Shown in pieces: positions 1 to 10,541 of a DNA stretch of 64,000 nt. Source of the DNA: a candidate division FCPU426 bacterium (lineage in GTDB: Bacteria > Oederibacteriota > Muellerivitia > Muellerivitales > Muellerivitaceae). A program made the position numbers and the translations under genes. Each line of letters begins with the position of its first letter. The first letter of the stretch is position 1. The stretch is from NCBI GenBank assembly GCA_963847625.1, contig CAWKAR010000060.1:64001-128000 (forward strand). Reading direction: 5' to 3'. A model generated the notes under the pieces. It had not been told where the DNA came from. It did no database searches and was given only the letters and a program-made list of their open reading frames with translations.

Positions 1-33
1 AAATGCACAGGAATTTGAAAGAAAGGAGTTGGA

Positions 34-267
34 ATGGCTCCATCGGCATTTGAGGATTCACTCGCAAAATTAGAGGGAATAGTATCCAAAATGGAATCGG
101 GGGATCTCAAGTTGGAGGATTCCCTGAAACTATTCGAGGAAGGCATGAAGCTCACCAAGGAATGCAACCATCGCTTGAACGAGATAGAAAAAAAAGTCAA
201 AAACCTCCTTAAAACCACCCAAGCCAAAGCGAATGAAAGTGGATCAACCCGTGGGTCCAAGGCCTGA
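34..267 (+). CDS. xseB: Exodeoxyribonuclease VII small subunit
   Basis: FEDSLAKLEGIV..LEDSLKLFEEGMKL..C..L motif; lies directly upstream of ispA as usual. Confidence 0.95.
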   Translation: MAPSAFEDSLAKLEGIVSKMESGDLKLEDSLKLFEEGMKLTKECNHRLNEIEKKVKNLLKTTQAKANESGSTRGSKA

Positions 268-272
268 GACCC

Positions 273-1169
273 ATGCCCTTTCCAATCCAAGCCTACCTTG
301 AGAAAAAACGCCGGTACGTTGACGCCGGATTAACGCGGGTCTTTCACAATGCCGGGAACTGCCCCCCAGCCCTTTGGCAAAGCATGAAATACAGCGTTTT
401 CTCCGGGGGAAAACGGCTTCGTCCCATCCTATGCCTGGCCGCTTCCGAGGCGGTTGGCCTGCCCACAACCGAGGCACTGCGCATCGGCTGTTCGCTGGAA
501 CTCATTCACACCTACAGCCTTATACATGACGACCTCCCGGCCCTGGACGACGACGATTTTAGGCGGGGCCGAAAAACCAACCACAAGGTGTTCGGGGAGG
601 CCATGGCCATCCTGGCAGGGGACGGCCTCCTCACCCTGGCCTTCGGGTGGGCATCCAACCCATTGGCTTATTCCCCGAGCCGAAGAAAAAACTTGGCGCT
701 CGTGACGGCGGAATTGGCCCGCGCGGCGGGTTACCCCGGCATGGTGGGGGGACAGGTGGACGATGTTTTATCGGAGAGAAAAAAACCAAACCTTACCAAG
801 GTCCTTTCCATCCATAGCCGGAAAACCGGCGCCCTGCTGTCGGCCAGCGTCAAACTGCCGGCGCTCCTGGCGGGGGCATCCGCCGTAAAAACCCGGGCCT
901 TATCCGTTTACGGCCGTTGCGCCGGCCTGGCTTTCCAAATCGTGGACGATATTTTGAACGAGACGGGAAAAAGCAGCCACCTGGGCAAGAAAGCGGGAAG
1001 CGACCGGGCCCGGGGAAAGATGACCTATCCCGCGGTGGTGGGCGTCAGGAATTCCAAAAGGGAAGTGGTGAGGCTGACGAAACAGGCCGTGGAAGCCCTC
1101 CGGGTTTTCGGAGCCAAGGGAGAGCCCCTGGCGGCCCTGGCCCTCCACATGGCAGAAAGAACGATGTGA
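273..1169 (+). CDS. ispA: Polyprenyl (farnesyl/geranylgeranyl) diphosphate synthase
   Basis: GGKRLRP, first Asp-rich motif IHDDLPALDDDDFRRG, KTGAL, FQIVDD. Confidence 0.95.
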   Translation: MPFPIQAYLEKKRRYVDAGLTRVFHNAGNCPPALWQSMKYSVFSGGKRLRPILCLAASEAVGLPTTEALRIGCSLELIHTYSLIHDDLPALDDDDFRRGRKTNHKVFGEAMAILAGDGLLTLAFGWASNPLAYSPSRRKNLALVTAELARAAGYPGMVGGQVDDVLSERKKPNLTKVLSIHSRKTGALLSASVKLPALLAGASAVKTRALSVYGRCAGLAFQIVDDILNETGKSSHLGKKAGSDRARGKMTYPAVVGVRNSKREVVRLTKQAVEALRVFGAKGEPLAALALHMAERTM

Positions 1170-1615
1170 GCATGAACCCGGTGAACCAAATCATTACCTC
1201 GAAAATTTTTTGGGTCACGGCTTTAGCCTGGTTCGTGGCCCAAAGCTGCAAGGTATTGTTTTATTTTTACCGCCATCATAAGATTAATTTTAAGCTTTTC
1301 GTGGGATCGGGGGGCATGCCCAGCTCCCATTCCGCGTTGGTATCCTGCATGGCCACGACCATAGGGTTGCAGTGCGGCTGGAGCTCACCGATTTTTCTCC
1401 TGGCCATGGGCGTCTCCTTCGTCATCATGGCGGACGCGGCGGGCGTGCGAAGGGCGGCGGGCCAACAAGCCAAGATCCTGAATGAAATCCTGGACGACAT
1501 GAACAACTCCAAGCCCTTTCCCCACCAGCGCTTGAAGGAATTCCTGGGGCACACACCCATTGAAGTGATCACTGGGGCTTTAATGGGTTTTTGTTTTGCG
1601 ATGATTTTTTATTAA
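1166..1615 (+). CDS. Divergent PAP2 family membrane protein (DUF212/YuiD-like)
   Basis: GGMPSSHS, DAAGVRRAAGQQA and LKEFLGHTP motifs. Likely start is GTG 1166 (overlapping the ispA stop) or ATG 1172, not 917. Confidence 0.9.
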   Translation: MSMNPVNQIITSKIFWVTALAWFVAQSCKVLFYFYRHHKINFKLFVGSGGMPSSHSALVSCMATTIGLQCGWSSPIFLLAMGVSFVIMADAAGVRRAAGQQAKILNEILDDMNNSKPFPHQRLKEFLGHTPIEVITGALMGFCFAMIFY

Positions 1616-1744
1616 AAAAGGCCGTAAAAGCCCTTTATTCGTTTTTGAAAATGCTTCTGATATTTTTTGTTTTTTTTGGGGCATGACAAACCCGTAAAAC
1701 AGCGTTTTAATCTTTAATCACCGGTTATCCGCAATTGGAGACGC

Positions 1745-3661
1745 ATGTACGAGTACCTGGACAAAATCGACAGCCCGACGAATTTAAGGGAGCTTCCGCC
1801 CGAAGCTCTTCCGAAGGTCGCGGAGGAAATAAGGGATTTCCTCATCACTTCCGTTTCCAAGACCGGGGGCCACCTGGGCGCGTCATTGGGGGCGGTCGAA
1901 TTGACCCTCGCCCTGCATTATGTTTATGACACGCCCCGGGACCGCATCGTTTGGGACGTGGGACACCAGGCGTACGGGCATAAGGCCATCACCGGCCGCC
2001 GGGACCGTTTCGCGACCCTGCGGCAGGCTGACGGCCTGGGCGGGTTCCCAAAACGCTCGGAAAGCGAATACGACACCTTTACCGTCGGGCATGCCGGCAC
2101 CGCCCTTTCTGCGGCGTTCGGAATGGCCCTGGCCCGCACAATCCAGAAAAAGAATTTCCACGTCGTGGCGGTGGTCGGCGACGCGGGCATCTCCAACGGC
2201 TTGTCCATGGAAGCCCTCAACAACATCGCGGATCACCCGGAACTGGACATGGCGGTCATCCTTAACGACAACGAGATGTCCATCTCGCCCAACGTGGGGG
2301 CCATGTCGGCCTACCTGAGCAAGATCCTGACCGGAAAGTCCTTTAACGAGGCCAAGACCCGCCTGGAACACATGCTCGACCGCATCCCCAAAGTGGGGCC
2401 CCAGGTCCTCCAGATGGCCCACCACGCCGAGGAAGCTTTGAAGGGTTTCGTGACCCCTGGAACCCTTTTCGAGGAGTTGGGCCTGCGCTATTACGGACCC
2501 ATCGATGGGCACAATGTCCTCATGCTGGTGGAAATCTTCAAGCGCGTCAAACAATTGAAGGGGCCCGTCATGCTCCACCTCATCACCCAGAAGGGGAAGG
2601 GCTACGGCCCGGCGGAGGAAAACCCGGTGAAGTTTCACGGGGTGACCGTATTCGACAGGGAAACCGGGATGATGACCGCGCCTTCCGTTCCCGGCTCCGC
2701 GCCCACCTACACCAAGGTTTTCGGGGAAGCCATGATCGAGCTGGCGAAGGACCACCCGAAACTCGTCGGAATCACCGCCGCCATGCCGGACGGCACGGGC
2801 CTCAAAAAGTTCGGCGAACTGTACCCCGGCCGCTATCTGGACGTGGGTATCGCCGAAAGCCACGCGGTTTGCATGGCCGCCGGAATGGCCTGCGAGGGCC
2901 TCAAGCCCGTGGTGGCCATCTATTCCACCTTCCTCCAAAGGGCCTACGACCAGATCATCCACGACGTTTGCCTCCAGAAACTGCCGGTCGTGTTCGCCCT
3001 GGACCGGGGCGGTTTGGTGGGGGACGACGGGGAGACCCACCAGGGCGCCTACGACTTGTCCTTCCTGCGTTGCGTGCCCAACCTGACGGTCATGGCCCCC
3101 GCGGACGAGAACGAATTGAGGAACATGCTTTTTACGGCGGTCGAGCACGACGGCCCCATCGCCCTGCGTTATCCCCGGGGGGCCGGGGAGGGGGTTCCCA
3201 TCGAGCCGGGTTTTCAAAAGCTTGAAATCGGAAAGGGAAAGATCCTGTCGGAGGGCCGCCATTACGCCATCTTGGCCATTGGAAACATGGTCGGCGTTGC
3301 CCGGCAGGCGGCCGCCTTGCTGAAAAAGGAGGGGCTGGAAGGAACCATTGCCAACATGAGGTTTGTGAAACCCCTGGATGAGAAACTTCTCCAGACGATC
3401 GCGGCTAAAAACAAGGTCCTTCTCACCCTGGAGGAAAACGTACTGGCCGGGGGGTTTGGGAGCGCGGTCCTGGAAGCCCTTCAAAAACACCGTCTCTTTG
3501 ACTGCGCGGTGCGAAGGCTCGGAATTCCCGATAAGTTCATCGATCAAGCCCGGCCCCAGCAACAGAGGGAACAATGCGGCTTAGACGCGCACCATGTCGC
3601 GGAGGCTGTGCGGCAACTGCTCGCGAACAAGGCGCCTTACATGCTAGGAGCTGTTTCTTAA
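1745..3661 (+). CDS. dxs: 1-deoxy-D-xylulose-5-phosphate synthase
   Basis: GGHLGASLG, WDVGHQAY, GDAG..NDN TPP motif, DVGIAE, IYSTFLQRAYDQ. Confidence 0.97.
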   Translation: MYEYLDKIDSPTNLRELPPEALPKVAEEIRDFLITSVSKTGGHLGASLGAVELTLALHYVYDTPRDRIVWDVGHQAYGHKAITGRRDRFATLRQADGLGGFPKRSESEYDTFTVGHAGTALSAAFGMALARTIQKKNFHVVAVVGDAGISNGLSMEALNNIADHPELDMAVILNDNEMSISPNVGAMSAYLSKILTGKSFNEAKTRLEHMLDRIPKVGPQVLQMAHHAEEALKGFVTPGTLFEELGLRYYGPIDGHNVLMLVEIFKRVKQLKGPVMLHLITQKGKGYGPAEENPVKFHGVTVFDRETGMMTAPSVPGSAPTYTKVFGEAMIELAKDHPKLVGITAAMPDGTGLKKFGELYPGRYLDVGIAESHAVCMAAGMACEGLKPVVAIYSTFLQRAYDQIIHDVCLQKLPVVFALDRGGLVGDDGETHQGAYDLSFLRCVPNLTVMAPADENELRNMLFTAVEHDGPIALRYPRGAGEGVPIEPGFQKLEIGKGKILSEGRHYAILAIGNMVGVARQAAALLKKEGLEGTIANMRFVKPLDEKLLQTIAAKNKVLLTLEENVLAGGFGSAVLEALQKHRLFDCAVRRLGIPDKFIDQARPQQQREQCGLDAHHVAEAVRQLLANKAPYMLGAVS

Positions 3662-3662
3662 G

Positions 3663-4664
3663 ATGCCCATTTGGACCCCACGCATCCGATTTTTCCTCCT
3701 CCTGGACGGCGCCATTCTTTTTGGGCTGATCGTTTTATACAGCGTCTGCAACCATCCCTCCATCCAAACCCGTAGTACCTTAAGCGAGCGTATTTTCATC
3801 ACCCCCGAGGCAGGGGAGACAACACCCGGCACCCAGCCTGAGCGGGAAACCCTGCAACCGCCCCCAGCCGCCATGCAAACCGGAAGCCCGGGCGCCATCC
3901 AACTCAACCGGCTGCGTTCTTCCAGCGTGACCGTGCTCGTCCATAACGTGGAACTAAAGGAGAACTACTGGTCCATCGCCAGCGACAATGACATCGACAT
4001 TTACACGCTGATCGGGGCCAATCCCGACCTGCCTTTCCGGGCGGCCTTGGGACACCCGGTCAACATTCTCTCCCGCCGGGGGGTCTTGCATAACGTCGAG
4101 AAGGATGAGACCCTAAAAACCATCTGTGCCCTTTATAAATGCGACGAAAAACTCCTGGCGTCCGAAAACCACTTGACCTGGTGGCACGGGCTGAGAATCG
4201 GTGACGTGCTTTTCGTACCGAACGTGAAACCCCTGCGCATGACCGAGGATTGGCGGAATTACTTCAGCAAACGCGGAATTTTTGGAATACCTTTCGCGAG
4301 CTGGGGCAAGGGATGGACTTCCGGTTTCGGGTGGCGCAAAGACCCCATTACCGGCGAGCGAAAGATCCACAAGGGCGTCGATTTCAAGGCCCACTATGGC
4401 GAGGCCGTTTACGCGGCCGGCACAGGGACCGTCATCTTCGCGGGCGTGTCCGGGGGTTATGGAAACCTCATCCAGATCAAGCACCCCAACGGCTACATCA
4501 CCATGTACGGGCATCTTTCCAAAATCTACGTCAAGGGGGGACACCACGTTCGAAGGGGCGAAATCATCGGCCGGGTAGGGGCCACCGGCAGGGTGACCGG
4601 CCCGCACCTGCATTTTGAAATCCGGAAGAACGGGAAGGCCATCGACCCCCTGCAGATGATTTGA
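3663..4664 (+). CDS. LysM-domain M23 family metallopeptidase
   Basis: N-terminal TM segment, two LysM-like repeats, HKGVD (HxxxD) and GPHLHFE (HxH). Confidence 0.9.
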   Translation: MPIWTPRIRFFLLLDGAILFGLIVLYSVCNHPSIQTRSTLSERIFITPEAGETTPGTQPERETLQPPPAAMQTGSPGAIQLNRLRSSSVTVLVHNVELKENYWSIASDNDIDIYTLIGANPDLPFRAALGHPVNILSRRGVLHNVEKDETLKTICALYKCDEKLLASENHLTWWHGLRIGDVLFVPNVKPLRMTEDWRNYFSKRGIFGIPFASWGKGWTSGFGWRKDPITGERKIHKGVDFKAHYGEAVYAAGTGTVIFAGVSGGYGNLIQIKHPNGYITMYGHLSKIYVKGGHHVRRGEIIGRVGATGRVTGPHLHFEIRKNGKAIDPLQMI

Positions 4665-4742
4665 GACATTTGTAAATATTTTTTCCATGGTTTTGAGACG
4701 AAGGAACCCCTCGGGTTTTTGTTTAGTTGCATTCTTCAATTC

Positions 4743-4999
4743 ACGCCGGTTGCCGACATTTTTGAGGCCGCCGCCGACGTTTCCCCCTACCTAAAAGAAC
4801 ACGGAATATTGGCCCAAATCGCCAATAACGAGGCTTTATCCGCCCTATAGGGGCTCACCGGCGCCCAAATGGCAGGTTTAAAGGCCATTACAGTCATGAA
4901 ATCCGTGGGTTTCCACGTGGCGGCCAACGCCCTTGTCTCTGGAACACTCTTAAAACAGGCCACCGGGGGGCCGGGGTCATCGTCATCGGCGACGACTAG
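4743..4999 (+). pseudogene. Remnant of indolepyruvate:ferredoxin oxidoreductase alpha subunit N-terminus
   Basis: Reads TPVADIFEAAADVSPYLKEHGILAQIANNEALSAL*GLTGAQMAGLKAITVMKSVGFHVAANAL, with an in-frame TAG at 4848-4850, then a frameshift to GAGVIVIGDD*. Resembles the IorA NE / MKxVG / GDD motifs. Confidence 0.7.
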
Positions 5000-5065
5000 A
5001 CAGGTCATATTGACTCCGGCGTGGTTTCGGCATAATTTGATATTCTCAATTTCTTCGGAGGGGTT

Positions 5066-5314
5066 ATGGCCAAGCGCAAGGGGCGCATGGAGGTGGATGC
5101 AAACCGCTGCAAGGCGTGCGGGCTGTGCGTGGAATTCTGCCCAAAGCATTGCATCGAACCGTCGGAAGGCTTGAGTCCCCTCGGCTATGTTCCCATGCGG
5201 TTTCGGGATGATTCGGACTGCACCGGGTGCGGCATCTGCGCCTTGATGTGCCCCGACATGGCCATCAAAGTTTGGATCCTGGAGGAAACCGCCGCCGGCG
5301 AGGCCCGCAAGTGA
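5066..5314 (+). CDS. 2[4Fe-4S] ferredoxin-like delta subunit of 2-oxoacid:ferredoxin oxidoreductase
   Basis: CKACGLCVEFCP and CTGCGICALMCP; GGAGG upstream. Confidence 0.93.
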   Translation: MAKRKGRMEVDANRCKACGLCVEFCPKHCIEPSEGLSPLGYVPMRFRDDSDCTGCGICALMCPDMAIKVWILEETAAGEARK

Positions 5315-6373
5315 CCCTCACCTTGATTAAAGGCAACGAGGTGATCACCGAGGCGGCCATCGCCGCCGGTTGCCGTTTTTACGCCGGTTATCCCATCACC
5401 CCCCAGAACGAGATCACGTCTTCCATGGCCCGCCGGATGCCCGAGGCGGGCGGGACCTTCATCCAGGCCGAAAGCGAACTCGCCGCGGTCAACCTGTGCT
5501 TCGGCGCCTCGGTGGCCGGAGCGCGCGCCATGACCTCCACCTCTTCCCCCGGGTTCAGCCTGATGCAGGAGGCGGTTTCCTACCTGGCCGGCTGCGAGAT
5601 ACCCTGCGTGCTGGTGAACATCATGCGGGGCGGCCCCGGGCTGGGCAACATCCAGCCTTCCCAGGCCGATTACTTCCAGGCGGTGAAAGGAGGCGGCCAC
5701 GGCGATTACCGGTCCCTGGTCCTGGCCCCCGCCACCGTGGAAGAAGCCTACGCCTTCATCCAACTGGCTTTCGAGCTGTCCGACAAATACCGGAATCCCG
5801 CCGTCCTGCTGGCCGACGGGTTGCTGGGCCAGCTCATGGAACCGGTGGATCTGGCCCCGAAATCCCTGCCGGTCCTCCCCAAGCGTTCCTGGATATTGGA
5901 CGGCTGCCAAGGGGCGCAAGCCCCGCCTCATCCGTTCGCTTCTCATGGTGGAGGGGGAACTCGAGAAGCACAACTACGACCTGGCGGAAAAATACCGCTC
6001 CATGGGCAAGGAAGTGCGTTGGGAGTTGGACAAGCAGGGGAATGCGGAATTGCTGGTGGTGGCTTATGGTTCAGCTTCGCGGGCCGCGAAAGCCGCGGTG
6101 CGCGAGGCGCGCGGCCGGGGCTTGAAGGTCGACTTGCTGCGCCCCCAGACCCTTTGGCCTTTCCCTTCCGAGGCCGTTCGCGAAGCCGCGCAACGCTCGG
6201 GACGGGTGCTGGTGGTGGAAATGAGCCTGGGCCAGATGGTGGAAGACGTGCGTCTGGCCGTGGAAGGCGCGGTGCCCGTGGATTTTTTCGGACGGCCGGG
6301 CGGGGCCGTGCCCATGCCGGGCGAGATCCTGGCGGCCATGGAACGAGCCCTCGGCCGGAAGTCCAAACCATGA
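5311..6373 (+). pseudogene. 2-oxoacid:ferredoxin oxidoreductase alpha subunit (VorB-like), +1 frameshift near 5905-5908
   Basis: GTG 5311 overlaps the upstream stop; GYPITPQ, QAESE, TSSPG. The frame switches at GGCTGCCAAGGGG into KGRKPRLIRSLLMVEG and continues to VVEMSLGQ (ORF 5945..6373). May be a sequencing error. Confidence 0.85.
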
Positions 6374-7105
6374 AACTGGCCAACCCCCGCCCGGAGTCCC
6401 TCACAGGAAACCCCAATGGCGTATTGCGCCGGGTGCGGCCATGGGTTGGCGCACCGGCTGGTGGCCGAGGTCCTGGATGAGCTGGGAGTGCGGGAGCGGG
6501 CCGTGGGTGTGGCGCCCGTCGGCTGCGCGGTTTTCGCATACGATTACTGGAACTTTGACGTGACCGAGGCTCCCCACGGCCGCACGCCCTGCGTGGCGGC
6601 CGGCATCAAGAGGGTCCTGCCCGACCGGGTGGTGTTCAGCTACCAGGGGGACGGGGACTTGGCCTCCATCGGCATGGGGGAAATCGTGCACACCGCCAAC
6701 CGGGGCGAAAACATCACGGTGGTCTTCATCAACAACGCCAACTACGGCATGACAGGCGGGCAGATGGCGCCCACCACGCCCCTGGGCATGAGGACCGCCA
6801 CCACGCCTTTGGGGCGCACGGCGGTGGACGGGCATCCGTTCCGGATCCCGGAACTCCTGAACGCCCTGGAACCTCCCGTGTACCTGGACCGCCAGTCGCT
6901 TCACGACCCGGCGCACGTCCGGAAGGCCAAGGCCTCCTTGAAAAAGGCGTTCCAGTTCCAAGTGCAGGGCAAGGGTTTCGCCCTGGTGGAACTGCTGTCG
7001 GCCTGCCCGGCCAACTGGGGCATGACTCCAGCAGACGCTATGAAATGGGTGGGCGAGCACATGGTCAAGACATTCCCACTGGGAGTGATTCGGGACAAGT
7101 CTTGA
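6370..7105 (+). pseudogene. 2-oxoacid:ferredoxin oxidoreductase beta (TPP-binding) subunit, +1 frameshift near 6407-6415
   Basis: ATGA overlap at 6370 gives MKLANPRPESLTGNP, then the +1 frame gives YCAGCGHG, QGDGD..NN and YGMTGGQ. ATG 6416 could give a near-complete protein. Confidence 0.85.
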
Positions 7106-7148
7106 AAGCGGCTGACCCATAAGGAATAACCCATAACGGGAGTTTTTC

Positions 7149-7703
7149 ATGAGGGAAGAATTTCACTTCAGGGGTTCGGGAGGACAGGGCATCCTGCTGA
7201 TGGGGCTCGTGCTGGCTCATTCGGCCCTCAAGGAAGGCCTGCACGTGTCCTGGATCCCCTCCTACGGCGCCGAGCGCCGGGGCGGGCCCTCCTTCTGCGC
7301 GGTCACGGTTTCGGATGAACCCGTGGATTGCCCGCTGACGGACCAGCCTACGTTGCTTTTCACCATGGATCTACGCGCGGCCCGCGCCTATGCACCTTCC
7401 CTGCGACCGGACGCCATCCTGGTTTACAACTCGACGATGGTTTCCGAGCCGCCCGCGGGAAGTTTCAAGGCTTACGGAGTGGAAGCTTCAAGCCTGGCTG
7501 CCGAGGCCAAGCTGGCTCAAGCGGCCAACATGGTGGCCCTCGGAGCGGTTCTGGCGGTCAAGCCCGTGGTGAAACTGCCCACAGTGGCCCAGGCCCTGCC
7601 CACGGTGTTGGGCGACCGCAAGAGCCACCTGGCGCCGGCCAATTTCCACGTGCTGGAATCCGGCTTCAAGGCCGTCCGCCCCTTTTCCCCCGCAGGACAC
7701 TAA
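7149..7703 (+). CDS. 2-oxoacid:ferredoxin oxidoreductase gamma subunit
   Basis: GSGGQG, PSYGAERRGG, NMVALGA. Confidence 0.93.
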   Translation: MREEFHFRGSGGQGILLMGLVLAHSALKEGLHVSWIPSYGAERRGGPSFCAVTVSDEPVDCPLTDQPTLLFTMDLRAARAYAPSLRPDAILVYNSTMVSEPPAGSFKAYGVEASSLAAEAKLAQAANMVALGAVLAVKPVVKLPTVAQALPTVLGDRKSHLAPANFHVLESGFKAVRPFSPAGH

Positions 7704-7858
7704 ACCCGGCAAACCCAAACAACCTGCTTCCATTTAATCCGCCAGGGAAATCCAGTTCTTTTATTCCATCTTGGGCGCTGAAAGGCCTTTCGTTTATAAC
7801 CAATGTCTTCATTAGGTTCCTCGTTGCTTATCCACTTTTACCGCGTTAAATTGTTCCC

Positions 7859-9574
7859 ATGCTTAGCCAACTCTCCATAAAAAATTTTGCCATTCTTGAC
7901 TCCATCACCCTGGAGTTCGGCCCAGGATTCAATGTCATGACCGGTGAAACAGGCGCCGGGAAATCCATCATCGTGGACGCCCTTTATTTTCTATTAGGCG
8001 ACCGGATTTCAAACGACATGCTTCGGGCGGGACAGGAAAAGGTGACCGTAGAAGCATTGTTCCAGGTCTCGGGAGACAGCCCCGCCCTCACCAAGCTGTC
8101 GGAATGGGGAATCGAGACCAAAGACCATGAAATCCTGGTCAAGCGGGAATATACCCTTTCCGCCGGAAAAACCCGTAGTTTCATCAACGGAGAAATGGCC
8201 ACCACCGCCATGGTGGACGAGTTGGGAGACTTCCTGGTGGACATCCATGGACAGCATGAACACCAGGCTATTTTCAAAGTGGGGAGGCACCGGCAGCTCA
8301 TCGATTCCTTCGGCCACACGGCCCCGCTCCTGGAAAAAACCGCCCAGGCCTACCAGGCCCTGTCGAAGCTATTGTCGGAACAGGCGGGTCTGGGAGGGGA
8401 TTCCAGGGAAATTGCCCGCAGGACCGATCTTCTGCAGTTTCAGGTGCAGGAATTGGAAGCGGCTGGTTTGGAAAACTTGAATGAGGAAGAACTGCTGAAT
8501 AAATACCAGTTGATGCGTCACGCGGAAAAGATCACCACTCAAGTGACCGAGGCCCAGCGGCTCCTGGACGAGGAAGGAGACGGCGGAGTGACCGGCATGT
8601 TCGGCACCGTGGTCGCGCGCCTGACGGACAGCAACCGTTTGGACCCCGGCCTGGAAAACATGCTTCATGCGGTCAAAACCTTGCAGGAAAACTTGAACCA
8701 GCTTTCATTCGATATCGCCCGGAAACTGGAAAGCTATACCTTCAGCGGCAAGGAGTACCAGGATCTCTCGGATCGGATTGACGGCTTGAATCACTTGAAA
8801 AAAAAATACGGTGACACGTTGGCGGAAATCCTGAATTACCTTAAGAACATCAAAGAAGAATTAAAAAAACTGCTTGGCCGGGAAGATCTTTTGAAAACCC
8901 TGGGGCTTCAAATCGAGAAGGCAGCGGAACAATACCGGCGTTTAGCCGGGGAATTAAGCGCAAAGCGCCTGCAAGCGGGACGGGAACTGGCCAAACAAGT
9001 TCAGGGAACCCTGAAAGAACTGGGCTTACCCCATGCCTTGATGGGCGTCGAGGTAAATCCCCAGGAAGACCCGGGAAGCCCAGTGTTGGAAAACGGCCGA
9101 AGGCTGGCATTGTCGCCCAATGGTTGGGACAAGGTGGAATTCACCTTTTCCGCCAACCCGGGTGAACCCCAAAAACCCCTGGCTAAAGTGGCTTCGGGCG
9201 GTGAAGCCTCCCGTGTCATGTTGGCTTTAAAAGCCGTCTTATCCGAAAGCGACGAGGTTTCCACCCTGATTTTCGACGAGATCGATACGGGGGTGGGGGC
9301 AAGAACTGCCTCAACCGTCGCAGCTCTCCTCGCCGGCCTTTCAAAAAACAAACAGCTTCTATGCATTTCCCACCTTGCCCCGATTGCCGCTATGGGCGAC
9401 TACCACTTCCAGGTGGAAAAAACCTTCATCCATGGCAAAACCGCAATAACTGTCAACCGTTTAACGGAGAAAAATCGGGTTGAAGAATTGGCTAAAATGC
9501 TGGCCGGAGGGCCTGTTTCGGAAACTTCCCGCACACACGCGCGTGAATTATATGGTAAAATGCGCGCGCTTTAG
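7859..9574 (+). CDS. recN: DNA repair protein RecN
   Basis: TGETGAGKS, DIHGQHEH, ASGGE, FDEIDTG, ISHL. Confidence 0.96.
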   Translation: MLSQLSIKNFAILDSITLEFGPGFNVMTGETGAGKSIIVDALYFLLGDRISNDMLRAGQEKVTVEALFQVSGDSPALTKLSEWGIETKDHEILVKREYTLSAGKTRSFINGEMATTAMVDELGDFLVDIHGQHEHQAIFKVGRHRQLIDSFGHTAPLLEKTAQAYQALSKLLSEQAGLGGDSREIARRTDLLQFQVQELEAAGLENLNEEELLNKYQLMRHAEKITTQVTEAQRLLDEEGDGGVTGMFGTVVARLTDSNRLDPGLENMLHAVKTLQENLNQLSFDIARKLESYTFSGKEYQDLSDRIDGLNHLKKKYGDTLAEILNYLKNIKEELKKLLGREDLLKTLGLQIEKAAEQYRRLAGELSAKRLQAGRELAKQVQGTLKELGLPHALMGVEVNPQEDPGSPVLENGRRLALSPNGWDKVEFTFSANPGEPQKPLAKVASGGEASRVMLALKAVLSESDEVSTLIFDEIDTGVGARTASTVAALLAGLSKNKQLLCISHLAPIAAMGDYHFQVEKTFIHGKTAITVNRLTEKNRVEELAKMLAGGPVSETSRTHARELYGKMRAL

Positions 9575-9638
9575 TAAAAGCGTCACGGCAAATTAAATGT
9601 TCGTGATTGTGCCGAAAAAAATTCCTTGGAGGAGCTAC

Positions 9639-10529
9639 ATGAAGCTTTTCACCCGGTTGATGGTAGGTGGTTTAGCCCTTGCGTTGGTTTTGAGTCTGGG
9701 CGCAGGGACCGCGAACGCCGCTTCGAAGAAGAAAAAAGCTGTTGTGAAAAAGCAAACACACGAGGTGCGCCACGTAAGGGAAAAAAAGGAAGTGATCGAT
9801 GGTTTAAATACCAGCGGCAAACCTGGTTATTTCATCAGTGATACGGCGGCCGTTTTGAATCAAAACCAAATCGTAGGGGCTGCCCACCTGACTTTTGATT
9901 CATGGGGAAGTGTCTTGCAGATTCCAGTTGGAGTTAGTTATGGGATAACGGACAAGCTCATGGTCAATGTCAATACTTCCTTTTTTACTGCCGGGGGCGT
10001 GAGCGGCCTCTATTACCTGAATTTTGGTGGAAAGTATGGGTTCAAGAACGTTGGGGATACCAATAATTTGGACGTAGCCGCTGGACTTGATTTTGGAATA
10101 GGCCCTCTTTCAAACACCATTTACGGTTTTAGCACCTTCGCCTTTGACCCCTATGGGGTGGTGACTTATACATTAAAAGACGGATTACAGTTGAATGGGA
10201 AACTGGGGTTGTATGTAACTTCCTATAGCATCAATGTTCCATATCTCATCAGTTTTTTACCCGTGCAATGGGGAACCCATTCGGTTTCATACTCCTATTC
10301 CGATTTCCAGTTGGATTTGGGAGCCGCCTATCCTTTCAGCCGCGATTTGACGGGTATTGCCGAATTGGCCACCAACGGGGTGGTGGGGAATGGCGCGAGC
10401 GGGGGAACCCCACTCTTGGTTGGTATCCGAACCGGGAAAGATGTCCAGTTCCAAGCCTTCGGTGGATTTGATTTTGGGGGATCGGTTGGTTTGTTCATCG
10501 GCGGCGGCGTCGCCATCTTTTCAAAATAA
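9639..10529 (+). CDS. Secreted, probable outer-membrane beta-barrel protein
   Basis: GGAG RBS before ATG 9639, signal peptide (ANA-A), Lys-rich linker, amphipathic Gly/aromatic strands. Confidence 0.65.
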   Translation: MKLFTRLMVGGLALALVLSLGAGTANAASKKKKAVVKKQTHEVRHVREKKEVIDGLNTSGKPGYFISDTAAVLNQNQIVGAAHLTFDSWGSVLQIPVGVSYGITDKLMVNVNTSFFTAGGVSGLYYLNFGGKYGFKNVGDTNNLDVAAGLDFGIGPLSNTIYGFSTFAFDPYGVVTYTLKDGLQLNGKLGLYVTSYSINVPYLISFLPVQWGTHSVSYSYSDFQLDLGAAYPFSRDLTGIAELATNGVVGNGASGGTPLLVGIRTGKDVQFQAFGGFDFGGSVGLFIGGGVAIFSK

Positions 10530-10541
10530 AAGAATCAATTT

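Noticed and set aside
1883..3574. 563-aa antisense ORF
   Set aside because: Shadow of the GC-rich dxs gene; no recognisable motifs.
5227..6480. 417-aa ORF as a single protein
   Set aside because: It joins the real alpha-subunit N-part to out-of-frame sequence; explained by the frameshifts.
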